A stretch of DNA of 64,000 nt from an uncultured Chloroflexia bacterium (GTDB lineage Bacteria; Chloroflexota; Dehalococcoidia; DSTF01; JACRBR01). The stretch's first letter is position 1, and each line of letters begins with the position of its first letter. A program made the translations under genes and the position numbers. A model generated the notes under the pieces. That model was not told the DNA's origin, did not search any database, and worked only from the letters and a program-made list of their open reading frames with translations. Location of the stretch: positions 39,920 to 103,919 of the forward strand of contig CAVTNG010000004.1 of assembly GCA_963736015.1 (NCBI GenBank), given 5' to 3'. Shown here in pieces: positions 31,011 to 41,798 of the stretch.

Positions 31011-32470
31011 CGGAAGTACGACGTGGGCCGCGCACGCGCAAACCCAACGAGGGCGGCATCATAGAATCCGTCCAGCCATCGAGCATCGCCGAAGCGATCG
31101 GCCTGCGCGCGGGCGACGTGATCGTTGCGATCGACGGCTCGCCGGTGCGCGACTCGATCGACGTGCAATATTACGCTGCCGAGGATGCAATCTCCCTCGA
31201 GGTGATCCGCGACGGCTCCGCGCGGACACTTGAGATCGAAAAACATCCGGACCAGAACCTCGGCGTCGGCTTCCAGGATGACGCCTTCGACGGCGTGCGC
31301 ATTTGCAACAACTCATGCTTCTTCTGTTTCCTGAAGGGGAATCCGAAGGGCATGCGGAAGACTCTATACGTCAAGGACGACGACTATCGTTTGAGCTTCG
31401 CCCACGGGAATTTCGTGACGCTCACCAACCTCAGCGAGGCGGACTGGGAGCGGCTCGCGGAGCAGCGCCTGTCGCCGCTGAACGTCTCGGTGCACGCCAC
31501 CGAGCCCGAGCTGCGCCGTTACCTGCTCGGGAACAAGCACGCGCCGGATATCTGTGACCAGCTGCGACGCCTGGGCGAGCTGGGTATCCAGGCGAATACA
31601 CAGGTCGTACTTTGCCCGGGCGTGAACGACGGCGCGGCGCTGCGTCGAACGATCGACGATCTTTCCGCGCTCTGTCCGATCGTCCAAAACGTCTCCGTAG
31701 TTCCCGTCGGCGCTACGACAGTCGCCGAGGACCGCATCGCGCGTGGAGCCCACTCCAAGGAGGTCGAGGGCTGTACACCTGAGCACGCACGGGAGGTGAT
31801 CGAGCTCGGCAGCGCGTACCAACAGCGATTCCGCGACGAGCGCGGGCGCACGTTCGTGTATTTCGCGGACGAGTACTACCTGATCGCCGGTCTAGATCCA
31901 CCAACGGCGAAGCATTACGACGGCTTCCCGCAGTTCGAGAACGGCATCGGCATGGCACGCAGCCTCATTGGAGACTGGCGGTCCGTGCGGAGGAGACTCA
32001 CGGGCGCGACCGTGCACCCATCCTTCCGACGCATCACGTTCGTGTGCGGCACGCTTGTTGCACCCACGCTTACGCGCCTCGCCGGTGAGCTTCAGTCTGC
32101 AACCGGCGTGGCGGTAGCCGTCCGCGGGCTCGAGAACGGGTTCTTTGGCCCACGCGTGAACGTGTCCGGACTGCTAGTCGGCGCCGACATCGACCGCGGG
32201 TTGCGAGGCATCGATCTGGGCGACATCGCCTTTCTCCCGCGATACGCCCTCGACTACAGCGGTCGGCGCTTCCTCGACGACGTGACGCCCGAGGCGCTGC
32301 AGTCCACGCTTGCGGTGCCGCTCGCCTTTGCCTCGACGATGAGCGAGGTGTTGCGGATTCTCGGACAACCGTTAGAATCGACCATCACCGGCGCAACCAC
32401 CGCCGGAGTGACGAACGGCAAGATGTGGGTAGACGCCCAGGAAGGAGGTGCCATTACCGCGGCGAGGTAG
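31007..32470 (+). CDS. PDZ plus radical-SAM-like DUF512 protein
   Basis: N-terminal PDZ-like segment; CNNSCFFC; LYVKDDDYRLSF.HGNFVTLTN; QFENGIG. Confidence 0.9.
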   Translation: MTEVRRGPRTRKPNEGGIIESVQPSSIAEAIGLRAGDVIVAIDGSPVRDSIDVQYYAAEDAISLEVIRDGSARTLEIEKHPDQNLGVGFQDDAFDGVRICNNSCFFCFLKGNPKGMRKTLYVKDDDYRLSFAHGNFVTLTNLSEADWERLAEQRLSPLNVSVHATEPELRRYLLGNKHAPDICDQLRRLGELGIQANTQVVLCPGVNDGAALRRTIDDLSALCPIVQNVSVVPVGATTVAEDRIARGAHSKEVEGCTPEHAREVIELGSAYQQRFRDERGRTFVYFADEYYLIAGLDPPTAKHYDGFPQFENGIGMARSLIGDWRSVRRRLTGATVHPSFRRITFVCGTLVAPTLTRLAGELQSATGVAVAVRGLENGFFGPRVNVSGLLVGADIDRGLRGIDLGDIAFLPRYALDYSGRRFLDDVTPEALQSTLAVPLAFASTMSEVLRILGQPLESTITGATTAGVTNGKMWVDAQEGGAITAAR

Positions 32471-32486
32471 AACGACAACATTTCGA

Positions 32487-32621
32487 AGCGCCAGGCCCTT
32501 CCGGAGTTCGGAGGGGTGACGAGGTAGAGGTCGATCGAAGTACTCGGCGGATGGCCTCTCGGTTTGCACAGCCGTGATGGACGGAACAAAACGCGGCGGG
32601 TAACCGCCCGACAGAGACCGC
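32487..32621 (+). ncRNA. glmS ribozyme (GlcN6P-activated self-cleaving riboswitch)
   Basis: AGCGCC cleavage site, P1 CCCTTCCG/CGGAGGG, TGACGAGG, ATCGA..TCGGCGGATG, ACAAAAC..GTAAC..ACAGAG; upstream of glmS. Confidence 0.9.
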
Positions 32622-32832
32622 TCCAGCGTGCACTTCCTCACCGCAAACGACTTCCGCAGTTTCGATGCTCACAGTTGATGTGCGACCGGCCCGCGCGTAG
32701 CGGGCGACAGCGCCGTGCGTTCACGCGCGGAAAGGACACGATGCGACCTCATCCAAACCAGCATGTGGCTCCAAATCCCGGTCACCGTAATCCCCATGCA
32801 GCGCGCCTAACGTCACCGACGGAGGTCCACTG

Positions 32833-34677
32833 ATGTGCGGCATCATCGGTTATACGGGTGAGCGCGATGCGGCGCCGTTGCTGCTCGATGGACTGCAGCG
32901 CCTCGAGTATCGCGGCTACGATAGTGCGGGGATCGCCGTCATCGACGACGGCGTGATCCAGATCACAAAAGGCGCCGGTAAGCTGAGCGCACTGCGATCC
33001 GCCCTCGAGGGCGCGTATCCACCCGGCGTCACCGGCATCGGTCACACTCGCTGGGCAACGCATGGCAAGCCGACGGCTGACAACGCGCACCCGCACCAGG
33101 ACTGCGCGGGTGAAGTCGTCGTGATCCACAACGGCATAGTCGAGAACTATCTCGAGCTCCGCGCCGAGCTTCGTGACCGCGGCCACGAGCTGCGCTCCGA
33201 GACGGACACCGAAGTCCTGCCCCACCTGATCGAGGTGTACATGCGCTCCGGCGACGACTTCCCGACGGCGTTCGGGCGCACGCTGTCGCGCCTGCAAGGG
33301 GCGCACGCGATCCTCGCGATGTCGTCGCGCGAACCCGGGTTGATCCTCGCGGCCCGGATCGGGAACGCCGGTGGGGTTGTAGTAGGTTACGGGGCCGGCG
33401 AGATGTTCGTATCCAGCGATCTGCCGGCGCTGCTGCCCGAGACACAGCGCGTCGCCTTTCTCGAGGACGGCAGAGGTCGCGGCCGTCAGCCCGATCAGGC
33501 GCACGCTACTGCACAACCGCGGGCGAGGGGCTGACGAAGACACCGACAATCGTGCCGTTCGATCCCGGTTCGGCCGCCAAGGGCGCCTACAAGCACTTCA
33601 TGCTCAAGGAGATCATGGAGCAGCCAGAGTGCGTGATGGACACCTTCCGCGGCCGGGCGCAGTTCGAACAGCCGGACGTCGTCCTCGAGGATCTCGCGGC
33701 TGCCCGACGACGCCCTGCGCTCGGTGAGCCGCGCCGTGCTCATCGGCATGGGCACGAGCATGCACGCGGCGATGGTCGGGCGCGCGTACTTCGAGCGCAT
33801 CGCCGGCATACCGTCTGAGGTCGACAACTCATCGGAGTTCCGCTACCGCGACGCGCTGATCGGCCCTGACACGCTCGTCGTCTCGGTCGCGCAGTCAGGC
33901 GAGACCGTCGACACGCTCGAAGCCATGGCCGACGCAAAGAGCCGCGGCGCGCCCCAGCTCACGATCTGCAACGTTCCCGGGGCGCAGTCCACGCGTGTTG
34001 CCGACGGCTTTGTGCTCACCCGCTGCGGCCCCGAGGTCGCCGTCGCCAGCACGAAGACGATGGTGGCGTCGATGACCGCGCTCTACCTCCTCGCCTGCCG
34101 GGTCGGACGCGCCCGGGGAGCGCTGGACGGACGCGCACTCGGCGAGATGCTTGATGCGCTCGCCCATCTCCCGTCGCTCATCGGCCGAACGCTGAAGGTC
34201 GCACCCCAGCTCGAACGGATCGCAGCGCGCGTCGCTGGCAGCCACAACTTCCTATTTCTGGCCCGCGGCATCCAGTACCCCATGGCGATGGAGGGCGCGC
34301 TGAAGCTCAAGGAAGTGAGCTACATCCACGCCGAGGGCTATCCCGCCGGCGAAATGAAGCACGGTCCCATCGCCCTCATCGACCGCGAGATGCCCGTCGT
34401 CGCCATCGCGCTCGATGACGGCACGCGCGACAAGATGCTCTCGAACATCGAGCAGGTGCGGGCCCGCGACGGCATCGTCATCGGTCTGGTGTCTGAGGGC
34501 GATTCGCAGATCGGGACGAAGTGCGATGAAGTGGTCGAGCTCCCCCGGACGACGCCCTTGCTCTATCCCCTGCTCAGCGCCATCCCCATGCAGCTGCTCG
34601 CCTACCACATCGCCGTCCGCCGCGGATGCGACGTCGATCAGCCACGGAACCTCGCAAAGACGGTCACCGTAGAGTAG
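32833..34677 (+). CDS. glmS: Glutamine--fructose-6-phosphate aminotransferase, frameshifted
   Basis: MCGIIG, LEYRGYDSAG, GHTRWATHG, HNG, EMKHGP, DQPRNLAKTVTVE. Confidence 0.95.
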
Positions 34678-34698
34678 CCGCATCCATAGCTCGACTTA

Positions 34699-34725
34699 GG
34701 TGTCAGCCCCCGCGGGGCTGGCATC
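34699..34725 (+). terminator. Hairpin after glmS
   Basis: GGTGTCAGCCCC-CGC-GGGGCTGGCATC; weak U tract. Confidence 0.5.
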
Positions 34726-34815
34726 GCTTCGTGTCCCTGAGGCTCATGCGGAACCCGGCGGGCGATGCCGATGATCGATACGGAGGTAACGCAGCCTTCG
34801 GGCGCGTTTGGCGTT

Positions 34816-35548
34816 ATGTTGCGTAATGCTTCTAGTGAGCGCGGCGACAGTCTCGTCGGGACGCTCATCTTCGGCCTTGCAGCCGCCGCGATACTGGCTG
34901 GTGCCGCCTACGCCGTCGTCTGGGCGCGCGACCAAGGGGACCGCCAGCTTACCGAAGCGGAGCGCGCCTATGTATCGGCGGTGGCGACGCAGCAGGCCGA
35001 CGCTTATCTACGCGCGGTCGCGACGCAGGCGGCGGAGGCGCCTCCGCCGGCTTCCGCCCCGGTGCCGCCAGCACCGCCTCCGGTCGTGCAGTACGTCGTA
35101 GCCACGGCGACGCCCATCGTCATCTACGTCCCGGTGGCGCCGCCGCCATCGGCGCCTCCCGCCGCCCCTCCCGCCCCGGCACCCACAGTCCCGCCGGCGC
35201 CACCCGCGCCGCCACCGCCTGCCCCACCACCTCCGGCTCCCGCACCGCCGGCACCAACCAAGCCGCCCATGGCGGCGTGCGTGGGATACATGGTGGGGCT
35301 CACCGGAGAGGGCCTCAGCTCGTGCCAGCAGATCGCGCAGGGCGGAGGCGGCTCCTGGGCAGTCCAAGTACGGAACTGCGTGCGCGACGTGATCTCCAGG
35401 CGCCGGGATGACCGGCGCCGGCAAGGCCGACTGCCTCGGCGCGGCGGGCGCCGCCGGCGATGCGATCCTAGGTGATTGCTTCCTCGGCCTGTCGGACCAG
35501 TCGCTGTACGGCCGCACGTCGTGCCGGCAGTACTACGGCAACCACTGA
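34816..35548 (+). CDS. Membrane-anchored Pro-rich protein with Cys-rich C-terminal domain, frameshift near 35400
   Basis: N-terminal TM segment, PPAP-rich linker, about six Cys across frames. Confidence 0.6.
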
Positions 35549-35670
35549 CCCCCCGCATCGCGTTAACCCAATCTGGGCGTCCTCAGCGCTTCGCTTGGAT
35601 CATTGGCAATCGTCGTTCCCCGGGCGTTTCGTGCGGGGCTCGCACGCTTGACCCTCATGCGTCGGAGTAG

Positions 35671-35691
35671 TTAGTGTACAGGTGACACTAA
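35671..35691. promoter_or_regulatory. NrtR-type operator overlapping the nadB promoter
   Basis: 21-bp palindrome TTAGTGT-ACAGGTG-ACACTAA (GT-N7-AC core); TTGACC -35 at 35648. Confidence 0.75.
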
Positions 35692-35711
35692 GTCAGCCGC
35701 GAGAGTCCCCC

Positions 35712-37244
35712 ATGCCGCGCTTCGACTACATCATCGTTGGGTCAGGGATCGCTGGGCTTTACGCCGCACTGCTGGCCCGCCATCACGGCTCGGTGTGCGT
35801 CCTCACGAAGGGGTCGATCGACGAGTGCAACACCAAGTACGCGCAGGGCGGCATCGCCGCCGCTGTCGGCTCCGACGACGACTCTGAGCTGCATCTCCGC
35901 GACACCATCGCGGCCGGGGCTGGACTTGTTGACGAGGCCGCGGCGCGCATCCTAGTCGAATCCGCCGCCGATCGCATCGGGGACCTGATCGACTTCGGCG
36001 TCCCGTTCGACAGCGCAGACGGTGAGGTGTCGCTGGGCCGCGAGGCAGCACACAGCCGCAATCGCATCCTCCACGCTGGCGGCGATTCGACCGGCGCGCA
36101 CATCGAGATCTCGCTTGGCGGCGTAGCGCAGCTGTCCCGCATCACGATCAAGGAACACGTGCAGGTCGAGGAGATCGTCGTAGAGCACGGGCGCGCGATC
36201 GGCCTAATCGCGCTCGATGCACGGTCCAACACGACCGAACGTTTCGACGCCGGCGCCATCGTGCTGGCGACGGGAGGCTGCGGGCAGCTCTTTCGGGTCA
36301 GCACCAACCCGGACATCGCTACCGCCGATGGCGTCGCCCTCGCGTATCGTGCCGGGGCCGAGATTGCCGATATGGAGTTCATCCAGTTTCACCCGACGGC
36401 GCTCCGCCTCCCCGGGGTGCCGGTGTTCCTCATCTCCGAGGCCGTGCGCGGCGAAGGAGGCATTTTGCGCAACGCGGCCGAAGAGCGTTTCATGCCTGCC
36501 TACGACGAGCGCGCCGAGTTGGCGCCTCGCGACATCGTCGCACGCGCGATCGTCTCCGAGATGAACGCGTCGCGCACCGACCGCGTGTACCTCGACCTGC
36601 GCCACCTGCCGGCGTCACGCGTTACGGCGCGCTTCCCGCAGATATACCGGCACTGTCTCGATCACGGCGTCGACATCACGAAGGATCTCATCCCGGTGTC
36701 GCCGGCCGCCCACTACATGATGGGTGGGGTTCGCACGAACAGCTGGGGCGAGACGACGATCCCCGGACTCTACGCGTGCGGTGAGGTCGCCTGCACAGGC
36801 GTGCACGGCGCGAACCGGCTCGCAAGTAACTCTCTGCTCGAGACGGTGGTATTCGCGAAGCGCATCGTTCAGCGGGCCGAGGAAGGCACCCCGGAGGCCG
36901 CAACACTATCGGGGGAGACGATTGACTTGCCGCCGTTCGCTCACGAGGGCTCGGCGACACCCGACCGTGCTTCGCTACAGGCGTTGATGTGGGATAAGGT
37001 GGGCATCGTGCGAGACGGCAACGGCCTCCACGACGCCACACGCCGCCTCTCCGCGTGGCGAGATACGATTCCGCCGGCACTTGACCGGCCCTCGCACGAA
37101 CTGTCAAACATGGTGCTCGCCGGTGAGCTGATGGCGACTGCGGCGCTCATCCGCGAGGAAAGTCGGGGCGCGCACTTCCGCACCGACTTCCCGCAGACGC
37201 GTGAGCAGTGGCAACGGCACATCGTATTCAGACGTGAGGCGTAG
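35712..37244 (+). CDS. nadB: L-aspartate oxidase
   Basis: GSGIAG, AQGGIAAA, REAAHS, QFHPT, LAPRDIV, HYMMGG, GVHGANRLASNSLLE, ESRGAHFR. Confidence 0.95.
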   Translation: MPRFDYIIVGSGIAGLYAALLARHHGSVCVLTKGSIDECNTKYAQGGIAAAVGSDDDSELHLRDTIAAGAGLVDEAAARILVESAADRIGDLIDFGVPFDSADGEVSLGREAAHSRNRILHAGGDSTGAHIEISLGGVAQLSRITIKEHVQVEEIVVEHGRAIGLIALDARSNTTERFDAGAIVLATGGCGQLFRVSTNPDIATADGVALAYRAGAEIADMEFIQFHPTALRLPGVPVFLISEAVRGEGGILRNAAEERFMPAYDERAELAPRDIVARAIVSEMNASRTDRVYLDLRHLPASRVTARFPQIYRHCLDHGVDITKDLIPVSPAAHYMMGGVRTNSWGETTIPGLYACGEVACTGVHGANRLASNSLLETVVFAKRIVQRAEEGTPEAATLSGETIDLPPFAHEGSATPDRASLQALMWDKVGIVRDGNGLHDATRRLSAWRDTIPPALDRPSHELSNMVLAGELMATAALIREESRGAHFRTDFPQTREQWQRHIVFRREA

Positions 37245-37256
37245 CGAGGTCGTCCC

Positions 37257-38130
37257 TTGCCAGACATTCCGTACCCCATCCCTCCCGCCGTCATCGACGA
37301 CGCGGTAGCCGCCGCTCTCGACGAAGACGGCGCGTCCGACGACGTCACGACCCGTTCCGTCGTGGCGGCAGGTCAGTGGGGACAGGGTGGGTTCGTCGCC
37401 AAGGACGCCGGTATCATCGCCGGCCTGCCTGTGGCCGCGGCCGCGATGACAGCCCTGGACGAGGAGGTCTCGTTCGACACGCTTGTCTCGGACGGCGCGC
37501 GCGTATCGGCAGGGGAGCACCTCGCGGAGGTCGAGGGGCCACTGTGGGCGTTGCTGGCGTCGGAGCGGGTCGCCCTTAACTTCGTGCAGCGCATGTCAGG
37601 CATTGCCTCGCTCACGCGTGAGTTCGTCGATGCCGTCGCCGGGACGAAGGCGTGCATCCTCGATACGAGGAAGACGACGCCCGGGCTGCGGCAGTTCGAG
37701 CGTTACGCCGTGCGCGCCGGCGGCGGCATGAACCATCGCTTCAACCTCTCGTCGGGCGTGCTGATCAAAGACAACCACATCGCCGCAGCGCGCGCGGCCG
37801 GCATCGAGCGATCTCGACGACGTCATCGCCGCCGCTCGCCGCGGCGCTCCGCATACCATGCGCATCGAGATCGAAGTCACTGACGAAGCGCAGCTCCGGC
37901 AGGCTCTCCAGGGCGGTGCTGATGTGATCTTGCTCGACAACATGACGGTGGACGAGATCCGCTCGTGCGTCGCGCTGGTCGACGGACGTGCGCTCGTCGA
38001 GGCATCCGGAGGCATCACTCTCGAGACCGTGCGCGCGATCGCGGAGACCGGCGTGGACTTTATCTCGGTCGGGTGCCTCACGCACTCTGCGCCGGCGCTC
38101 GACATCAGCCTCGAGCTGGGCGAGGCCTGA
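37257..38130 (+). CDS. nadC: Quinolinate phosphoribosyltransferase, frameshift near 37810
   Basis: ERVALN, DTRKTTPGLR, NHR, IKDNH, LLDN, EASGG, LTHSA. Confidence 0.93.
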
Positions 38131-38666
38131 TGTCACAGATCGTCATCATCTCCGGACCACCTGGTGCTGGAAAGAGCACGGTCTGTGAGGCGCTGTGCGA
38201 GCGCTACGACCGCACGGTGCATCTCGAAACAGATGACATCTATGCATGGGTTCGCATGAGTTACGTCCCTCCGTGGAGGTCCGGGTCGGGGCCGCAGAAC
38301 ATCACTATCAGCCGAGCCGCCGCGCGCGCCGCTGTCGCCTTCGCGCGCGATCGCTACGGTGTGTTCATCGACGGCGTCATCGGCAAGATCCACTTGCCGT
38401 ACTACATCGAGGAGTTGCAGGCAGGCGGCGTGCCCGTACACTTTGCCGCACTCGTCCCGCCGCTGGCAGAGATCGAGCGGCGCGCCAACGAACGAGAGAA
38501 GCGGATCGACGCCCCGTCGGACATGTACGAACGCGTGCTAAAGCTGTTCGACGAGCCGTTCGCCGGCGTGACGATTGACAGCACGGGCATGACCGCGCTC
38601 GAGACGGCCGATGGCGTGATGGACGCATGCGGGCGGGGCGAAGCCCTTGTCTGGTCGCCGGCTTAG
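38130..38666 (+). CDS. P-loop kinase/AAA_33-like ATPase
   Basis: [12 protein letters not shown]. Confidence 0.8.
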   Translation: MSQIVIISGPPGAGKSTVCEALCERYDRTVHLETDDIYAWVRMSYVPPWRSGSGPQNITISRAAARAAVAFARDRYGVFIDGVIGKIHLPYYIEELQAGGVPVHFAALVPPLAEIERRANEREKRIDAPSDMYERVLKLFDEPFAGVTIDSTGMTALETADGVMDACGRGEALVWSPA

Positions 38667-39124
38667 GAGCGCGGCCGCTCGAGGTCAGCGCTGTCGAGCA
38701 CGACGGTCACCGGCCCATCATTCGCGAGCTCGACCTGCATGTGGGCCCCGAACCGCCCGGTCGCGACGCTGACGCCCGCGGAGCGCAACGCCTCCGCGAA
38801 GGCATCGACGAGCGGCTCCGCCTCGGCGGGTGGTGCGGCGGCGGTGAAACTCGGGCGCCGCCCGCGGCGGACATCGCCGAGAAGCGTGAACTGAGACACC
38901 ACGAGCGCCTCGCCGTCTACGTCGGCCAGCGAGCGGTCGAACCGGCCTGTGTCATCGGCGAAGATTCGAATTTCCGCGCACTTGTCAGCCAGCCGGCGGG
39001 CCGTCGCCGCGTCATCACCCTGGGCGATCCCGACGAGCAGTAACAGGCCGCGTGAGATGGAGCCGACGACTTCGCCCTGTACGGTGACGCGGGCGCTCGA
39101 GACGCGCTGAAGGACGACGCGCAT
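38663..39124 (-). CDS. dtd: D-aminoacyl-tRNA deacylase
   Basis: [25 protein letters not shown]. Confidence 0.95.
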   Translation of the reverse strand: MRVVLQRVSSARVTVQGEVVGSISRGLLLLVGIAQGDDAATARRLADKCAEIRIFADDTGRFDRSLADVDGEALVVSQFTLLGDVRRGRRPSFTAAAPPAEAEPLVDAFAEALRSAGVSVATGRFGAHMQVELANDGPVTVVLDSADLERPRS

Positions 39125-39135
39125 ATTGCGCGCAC

Positions 39136-39474
39136 CTAGCCGGCCGCGGCCGCTTCCGACGCGCCCTTATCCGACTTGGACTGGGGCTTCGCTTTCGGTT
39201 GAGAGCCAGAGTCAGTGTCGGCTGTTTTGGTATCGGCGCGATCGCTATGGTCGCCGCCGCTCGAGGGCGCATCGTCGCTGGCGGCGGGCGCCGAGAGGCC
39301 GCGCGAGTCGGTCTTGTAGAATCCGCTTCCCTTGAACACCACGGGCGGCGCGAACAATACGCGGTTCGCCGTCTTACCGCAGAACTGGCACTTCTGGCGG
39401 GCGGGCGCGTCAAACCCCTCGCGCTTTTCGTAACGCTTTCCGCAGTCCTCGCACGCGTATTCGTAGGTCGGCAA
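39136..39474 (-). CDS. FmdB-family zinc ribbon protein
   Basis: [12 protein letters not shown]...CQFCG...[10 protein letters not shown]. Confidence 0.9.
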   Translation of the reverse strand: MPTYEYACEDCGKRYEKREGFDAPARQKCQFCGKTANRVLFAPPVVFKGSGFYKTDSRGLSAPAASDDAPSSGGDHSDRADTKTADTDSGSQPKAKPQSKSDKGASEAAAAG

Positions 39475-39558
39475 CTGATTCAGCCTCCGGCTCCAGTATC
39501 AGCAAAAGTTTAGCGATTTGGTCAGGAATCCGGCAAGAAGCAGCCTTTACGTACACTG

Positions 39559-40194
39559 ATGGAGATGCCCTCCAGTTCCGATCGCATAGTCAGCCTGCTC
39601 CAGCGCCCGATCGTCCGTCTGGCGCTAGCGGCTGTCGTCCTGACGCTGCTGGGCGGCCTCGCGTTCGCTGTTACGGCCGGCCGTAACGGCAAGTCCGCCA
39701 CAACTGAGCCGGTGTCGAACGATGCTCAACCGCCGGACGACGGCACCCCGACTGGCCCGATCGGCTCGGGCCCGCCACTGATCGGGCAGCCGGCGCCGGA
39801 CTTCGCGCTCCGCGACCGTGCCGGAAGCGTCGTGAAACTCAGCGACCTCCGCGGCAAGGTCGTATGGGTGAACTTCTGGGCCACGTGGTGTGAGCCGTGC
39901 AAGAAGGAACTGCCCGCGATCCAGAAGCTCTACGATGAGAAGCGGGCCGGTGGCCTCGAGGTGCTCGAGATCAACTACCAGGAGGGCCGCAAGGATGCTG
40001 ATGCATTCTTCGATGCGCGCGGCCTGAGCCTGCCGTTGCTCTACGACAGCGGCGGCGTGTACGACCAGTACCGCCTGCAGGGCCTGCCCGACAGCTTCTT
40101 CGTCGACCGCAACGGCAATATCGCCGCGCTCCAATTCGGCTACCTGACCGAAGACAAGATGCGGGAGAGGCTGGCGGCGGCTGGCCTACCCTAA
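39559..40194 (+). CDS. TlpA/ResA-like membrane thioredoxin
   Basis: TM anchor, APDF, NFWATWCEPC. Confidence 0.9.
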   Translation: MEMPSSSDRIVSLLQRPIVRLALAAVVLTLLGGLAFAVTAGRNGKSATTEPVSNDAQPPDDGTPTGPIGSGPPLIGQPAPDFALRDRAGSVVKLSDLRGKVVWVNFWATWCEPCKKELPAIQKLYDEKRAGGLEVLEINYQEGRKDADAFFDARGLSLPLLYDSGGVYDQYRLQGLPDSFFVDRNGNIAALQFGYLTEDKMRERLAAAGLP

Positions 40195-41417
40195 CCGGCC
40201 CCGATCAGGTCCCGGACCGGCTCGCCTGCCTTCAGCACCAGCTGCAGCCGCTCCGGCTGGACGAGGACGCCGATGTCCTCGAGCGGATCGCCATCGACAA
40301 GGAGCAGGTCCGCGTCCTTGCCCTCCTCGACGGTGCCGATCCGGTCCGCCATGCAGAACAGAGCGGCATTCGTCTTCGTCGCGCTGACGATCGCCTCCAT
40401 CGCGCCGAAGTGCTTCGCCTTCTCCACCAGCTCGCTTGCGCGCCGTCGCTGGCGCGGGCCGAGCAGATCCGAACCCGACCCGACGGCCACGCCGGCCGCC
40501 CGCACCAGCTCCATCCCGGGCGCGATGCGCTCGCGTACCGACTCAAGCTTCTGGCGGCTGAACTCCGGCACATTGCTCGCGCGGGCGAGGATCTCCAGGA
40601 TCGCCAGAGTAGGCACCAGGTACGCGCTCTCCCTCGCGATCCGAACCGCGACATCCTCGCTCATGATGCTTCCGTGTTCCAGTGAGCGGACTCCGGCATC
40701 GAGCGCATTGCTCATCGCACCTGGCGTGTGGCAATGCGCCATGACGTACTTACCGAAGGCCCGAGCCTCCTGCACTGCCGCAGACATCTCCTCGACGCTG
40801 AACTGCAGGCTGTCGATGGGGTCGTTGGGTGACATCACGCCGCCCGATGCCATCAGCTTCACCTGCGTGGCGCCGCGCCGGATCTGCTTGCGGGCCGCCT
40901 TGCGCACCTCGTCGACACCATCGCACAGCTCGGTGTGGGCAACGAGGCCCGCGATGGAGTGCTCCTCCTCGTCGCGCCAGCGGCTGCGCTGGTCGCCGTG
41001 GCCACCCGTGATCGAGAGAAACGAGCCGGACGGCAGGATCGTCGGGCCAGTGATCTGACCGGTCGCGACCGCCTCCGCATAGGCAGGATCGAGGCCACCG
41101 GCATCTCGGACGGTCGTGAAGCCCTCATCTAGCGCGATGCGGATGTTCTCGACGACTTTCAGCACGTAGCTCACGTGGCTCTGAGGCGGCTCGTTGGCGC
41201 CCGCCTCGGTGAGTCCGAAGTGGACGTGGGCATCGGTAAGCCCAGGCATCAGCGTGCGGCCCGCAGCATCGATCGTCCGCGCTCCCTCAGGCGTCGAGCC
41301 CGTCGTACCGATGCGAGAAATCAGTCCGTTCTCCACCGCCACTGTCACACGCCGGCGCGGATCGCCTCCGCTGCCATCGATTAGCGTGGCGTCGTGGATG
41401 ACGATCGCTCCGGACAT
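40191..41417 (-). CDS. Amidohydrolase (Xaa-Pro dipeptidase-like)
   Basis: PGLTDAHVH, GFTTVRDAG, GGHGD, SLEHG, GSD. Confidence 0.9.
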   Translation of the reverse strand: MSGAIVIHDATLIDGSGGDPRRRVTVAVENGLISRIGTTGSTPEGARTIDAAGRTLMPGLTDAHVHFGLTEAGANEPPQSHVSYVLKVVENIRIALDEGFTTVRDAGGLDPAYAEAVATGQITGPTILPSGSFLSITGGHGDQRSRWRDEEEHSIAGLVAHTELCDGVDEVRKAARKQIRRGATQVKLMASGGVMSPNDPIDSLQFSVEEMSAAVQEARAFGKYVMAHCHTPGAMSNALDAGVRSLEHGSIMSEDVAVRIARESAYLVPTLAILEILARASNVPEFSRQKLESVRERIAPGMELVRAAGVAVGSGSDLLGPRQRRRASELVEKAKHFGAMEAIVSATKTNAALFCMADRIGTVEEGKDADLLLVDGDPLEDIGVLVQPERLQLVLKAGEPVRDLIGAG

Positions 41418-41426
41418 ACCTGTCTC

Positions 41427-41798
41427 CTATGGCAGCGTCGGATCCGTGTACGTCGCGAAGCCGTCATCCTCGAGCGCGACGTAGAACTGGTAGCCCTGGA
41501 ACTCGCTGAATTGAAACTCGCGCTGGTACTGCGGCTCGCCACTCTCGCCGTGGACGCGCAGCGTCTGGGGGAACTGCGCCGCGCGGACGGGCACGGTTTG
41601 CTGCTGGTTGGGCTGCAACTCGACGTCGCGGTTGTTGATCGTCAGCACGAGCGTCTGGTCGCCGAAGTTCTTGAACACGAGGCCGCGCTCCTCGCCGGCG
41701 CCCTGTCCAGCGAACGCCCAGCCGATGACCGCCACAGCCGCGAGGCCGAAGAGCGTCATGCCGCCGATGAGGATGATGCCGGGCCCGGGCCTACGCAC
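41427..41798 (-). CDS. Hypothetical membrane-anchored protein
   Basis: 123-aa ORF with N-terminal TM segment, overlaps the upstream stop. Confidence 0.65.
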   Translation of the reverse strand: MRRPGPGIILIGGMTLFGLAAVAVIGWAFAGQGAGEERGLVFKNFGDQTLVLTINNRDVELQPNQQQTVPVRAAQFPQTLRVHGESGEPQYQREFQFSEFQGYQFYVALEDDGFATYTDPTLP

